Of a DNA stretch of 64,000 bases, positions 63,281 to 64,000 are shown piece by piece; the stretch's first letter is position 1; the number at the start of each line of letters is the position of its first letter. The stretch spans positions 2,213 to 66,212 of IMG/VR virus record IMGVR_UViG_3300014205_000227; one strand, 5' to 3'. The notes below the pieces were generated by a model that saw only the letters and a program-made list of their open reading frames with translations, was not told the DNA's origin and searched no databases. Both the position numbers and the translations under genes were made by a program. Origin of the DNA: a virus. Lineage: Duplodnaviria; Caudoviricetes.

Positions 63281-64000
63281 ATGGGATCAACGGAACGCAA
63301 AGTTCGCGAGGCTCGATCGGCAGGAATCGGTCGAGATCAAGCCGCAGTCAAAGACCTTGTAAGCTATTTCAAGCTGGCTCGCTCTCGTATCCGACCTGCT
63401 TATCAAGCCTCACTCAGACAGATCGCGAAAGCTCGCTCAGAGGGAAAGGCGATTACAACGGCCTTGATCTTCAACGAAGCCAAGCTCTCGAACGTGCTGA
63501 ACATCATCGAGGCTGAGATCACGTTCTTCGGCATGCTCGCTTCTAACCGGGTCTCGGTGCTTATGCTCGCTGAGGCTGAACAGGCTCTCGCAGAAGCGAA
63601 CGCGATTCTGTTCGAAGCGACAGGGACTCGGCATATACCGCCGACTCTGCCTAGCTCTCTCGGTCGATTCATGACAGACGGTCGAGCCACGTCGACCTAC
63701 TTCTCTCAGTTTCCAGCCAAGATCAAAGATCGAGCTCGGCGGTCTTTCGTGTCGGGAGTGCTCGCGAATAAGCCGCAACGCTCGATAGCCAAAGACTTGA
63801 GGCAGATCACGGGGGTTCCGCTCTGGAAAGCGGTTCAGGTTGCCAAAACTGAGACGAACCGCATTCGACGATTCGCCAAGGTCGAGAGCTATAAGCAAGA
63901 CTCGAAGATCGTCGGGTATCGCCGCGTCTGTCGCAAGACTCCGAGAACGTGCGCGGCTTGCCTTGCTCTCGATGGTCGCTATTACACTCTTGGCGAAGAG
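63281..64000 (+). CDS. Head morphogenesis / minor capsid protein (SPP1 gp7 / Mu F-like), truncated by window end
   Basis: Open frame from ATG 63281 to window end; VAKTETNR and RTCAACLALDGRYY motifs. Confidence 0.85.
   Translation, partial: MGSTERKVREARSAGIGRDQAAVKDLVSYFKLARSRIRPAYQASLRQIAKARSEGKAITTALIFNEAKLSNVLNIIEAEITFFGMLASNRVSVLMLAEAEQALAEANAILFEATGTRHIPPTLPSSLGRFMTDGRATSTYFSQFPAKIKDRARRSFVSGVLANKPQRSIAKDLRQITGVPLWKAVQVAKTETNRIRRFAKVESYKQDSKIVGYRRVCRKTPRTCAACLALDGRYYTLGEE

Noticed and set aside
1-64000. Stop-codon reassignment
   Set aside because: Conserved genes are intact in the standard code, and TAG, TGA and TAA all end genes at plausible positions
1-64000. tRNA genes, integrase/att site, introns or inteins in terminase
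   Set aside because: No cloverleaf, tyrosine/serine recombinase motifs or intein splice motifs recognised; subtle cases would need tRNAscan-SE and HMM searches

Overview
The window is almost the whole genome of a tailed dsDNA phage with siphovirus-type gene content, cut inside the head module. It ends in a head-morphogenesis (F-like) gene and begins just before the scaffold gene. Gene order: scaffold, decoration, major capsid, head-tail joining genes, tail tube, chaperone with a -1 frameshift, short tape measure, large tail-tip genes and a separately promoted accessory fibre operon (0.3-21.9 kb); a leftward early operon with a DnaQ-like exonuclease; a rightward recombination/replication operon (PD-(D/E)XK exonuclease, Gp3-like protein, HerA-like ATPase, RusA, replication initiator, loader-like protein); a lysis cassette; leftward genes (GHKL ATPase, Pro-rich protein, RNase H, adenine MTase); a ParB / cupin / PP-loop ATPase / glutamine amidotransferase / DUF3440 / ParB cluster; a long rightward early region (HAD, DUF5131, two ASCH-like genes, C5 and N4/N6 MTases); a leftward immediate-early operon; terminase, portal and F-like gene. 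I recognised no integrase, DNA polymerase, tRNA or CRISPR array. Best leads: (1) the six-gene putative base-modification cluster at 38.2-42.8 kb, whose amidotransferase sits antisense inside the operon; (2) a candidate late small RNA at about 21870-21935 with a seed complementary to a GAGGAACA ribosome-binding motif found before 12 non-structural genes and none of the virion genes checked; (3) two spermidine-synthase-like methyltransferase genes inside the fibre operon; (4) strong TCGA enrichment with apparent absence of GCWGC. All family assignments are from motif recognition by eye, and all motif counts are manual; no database or HMM search was run.
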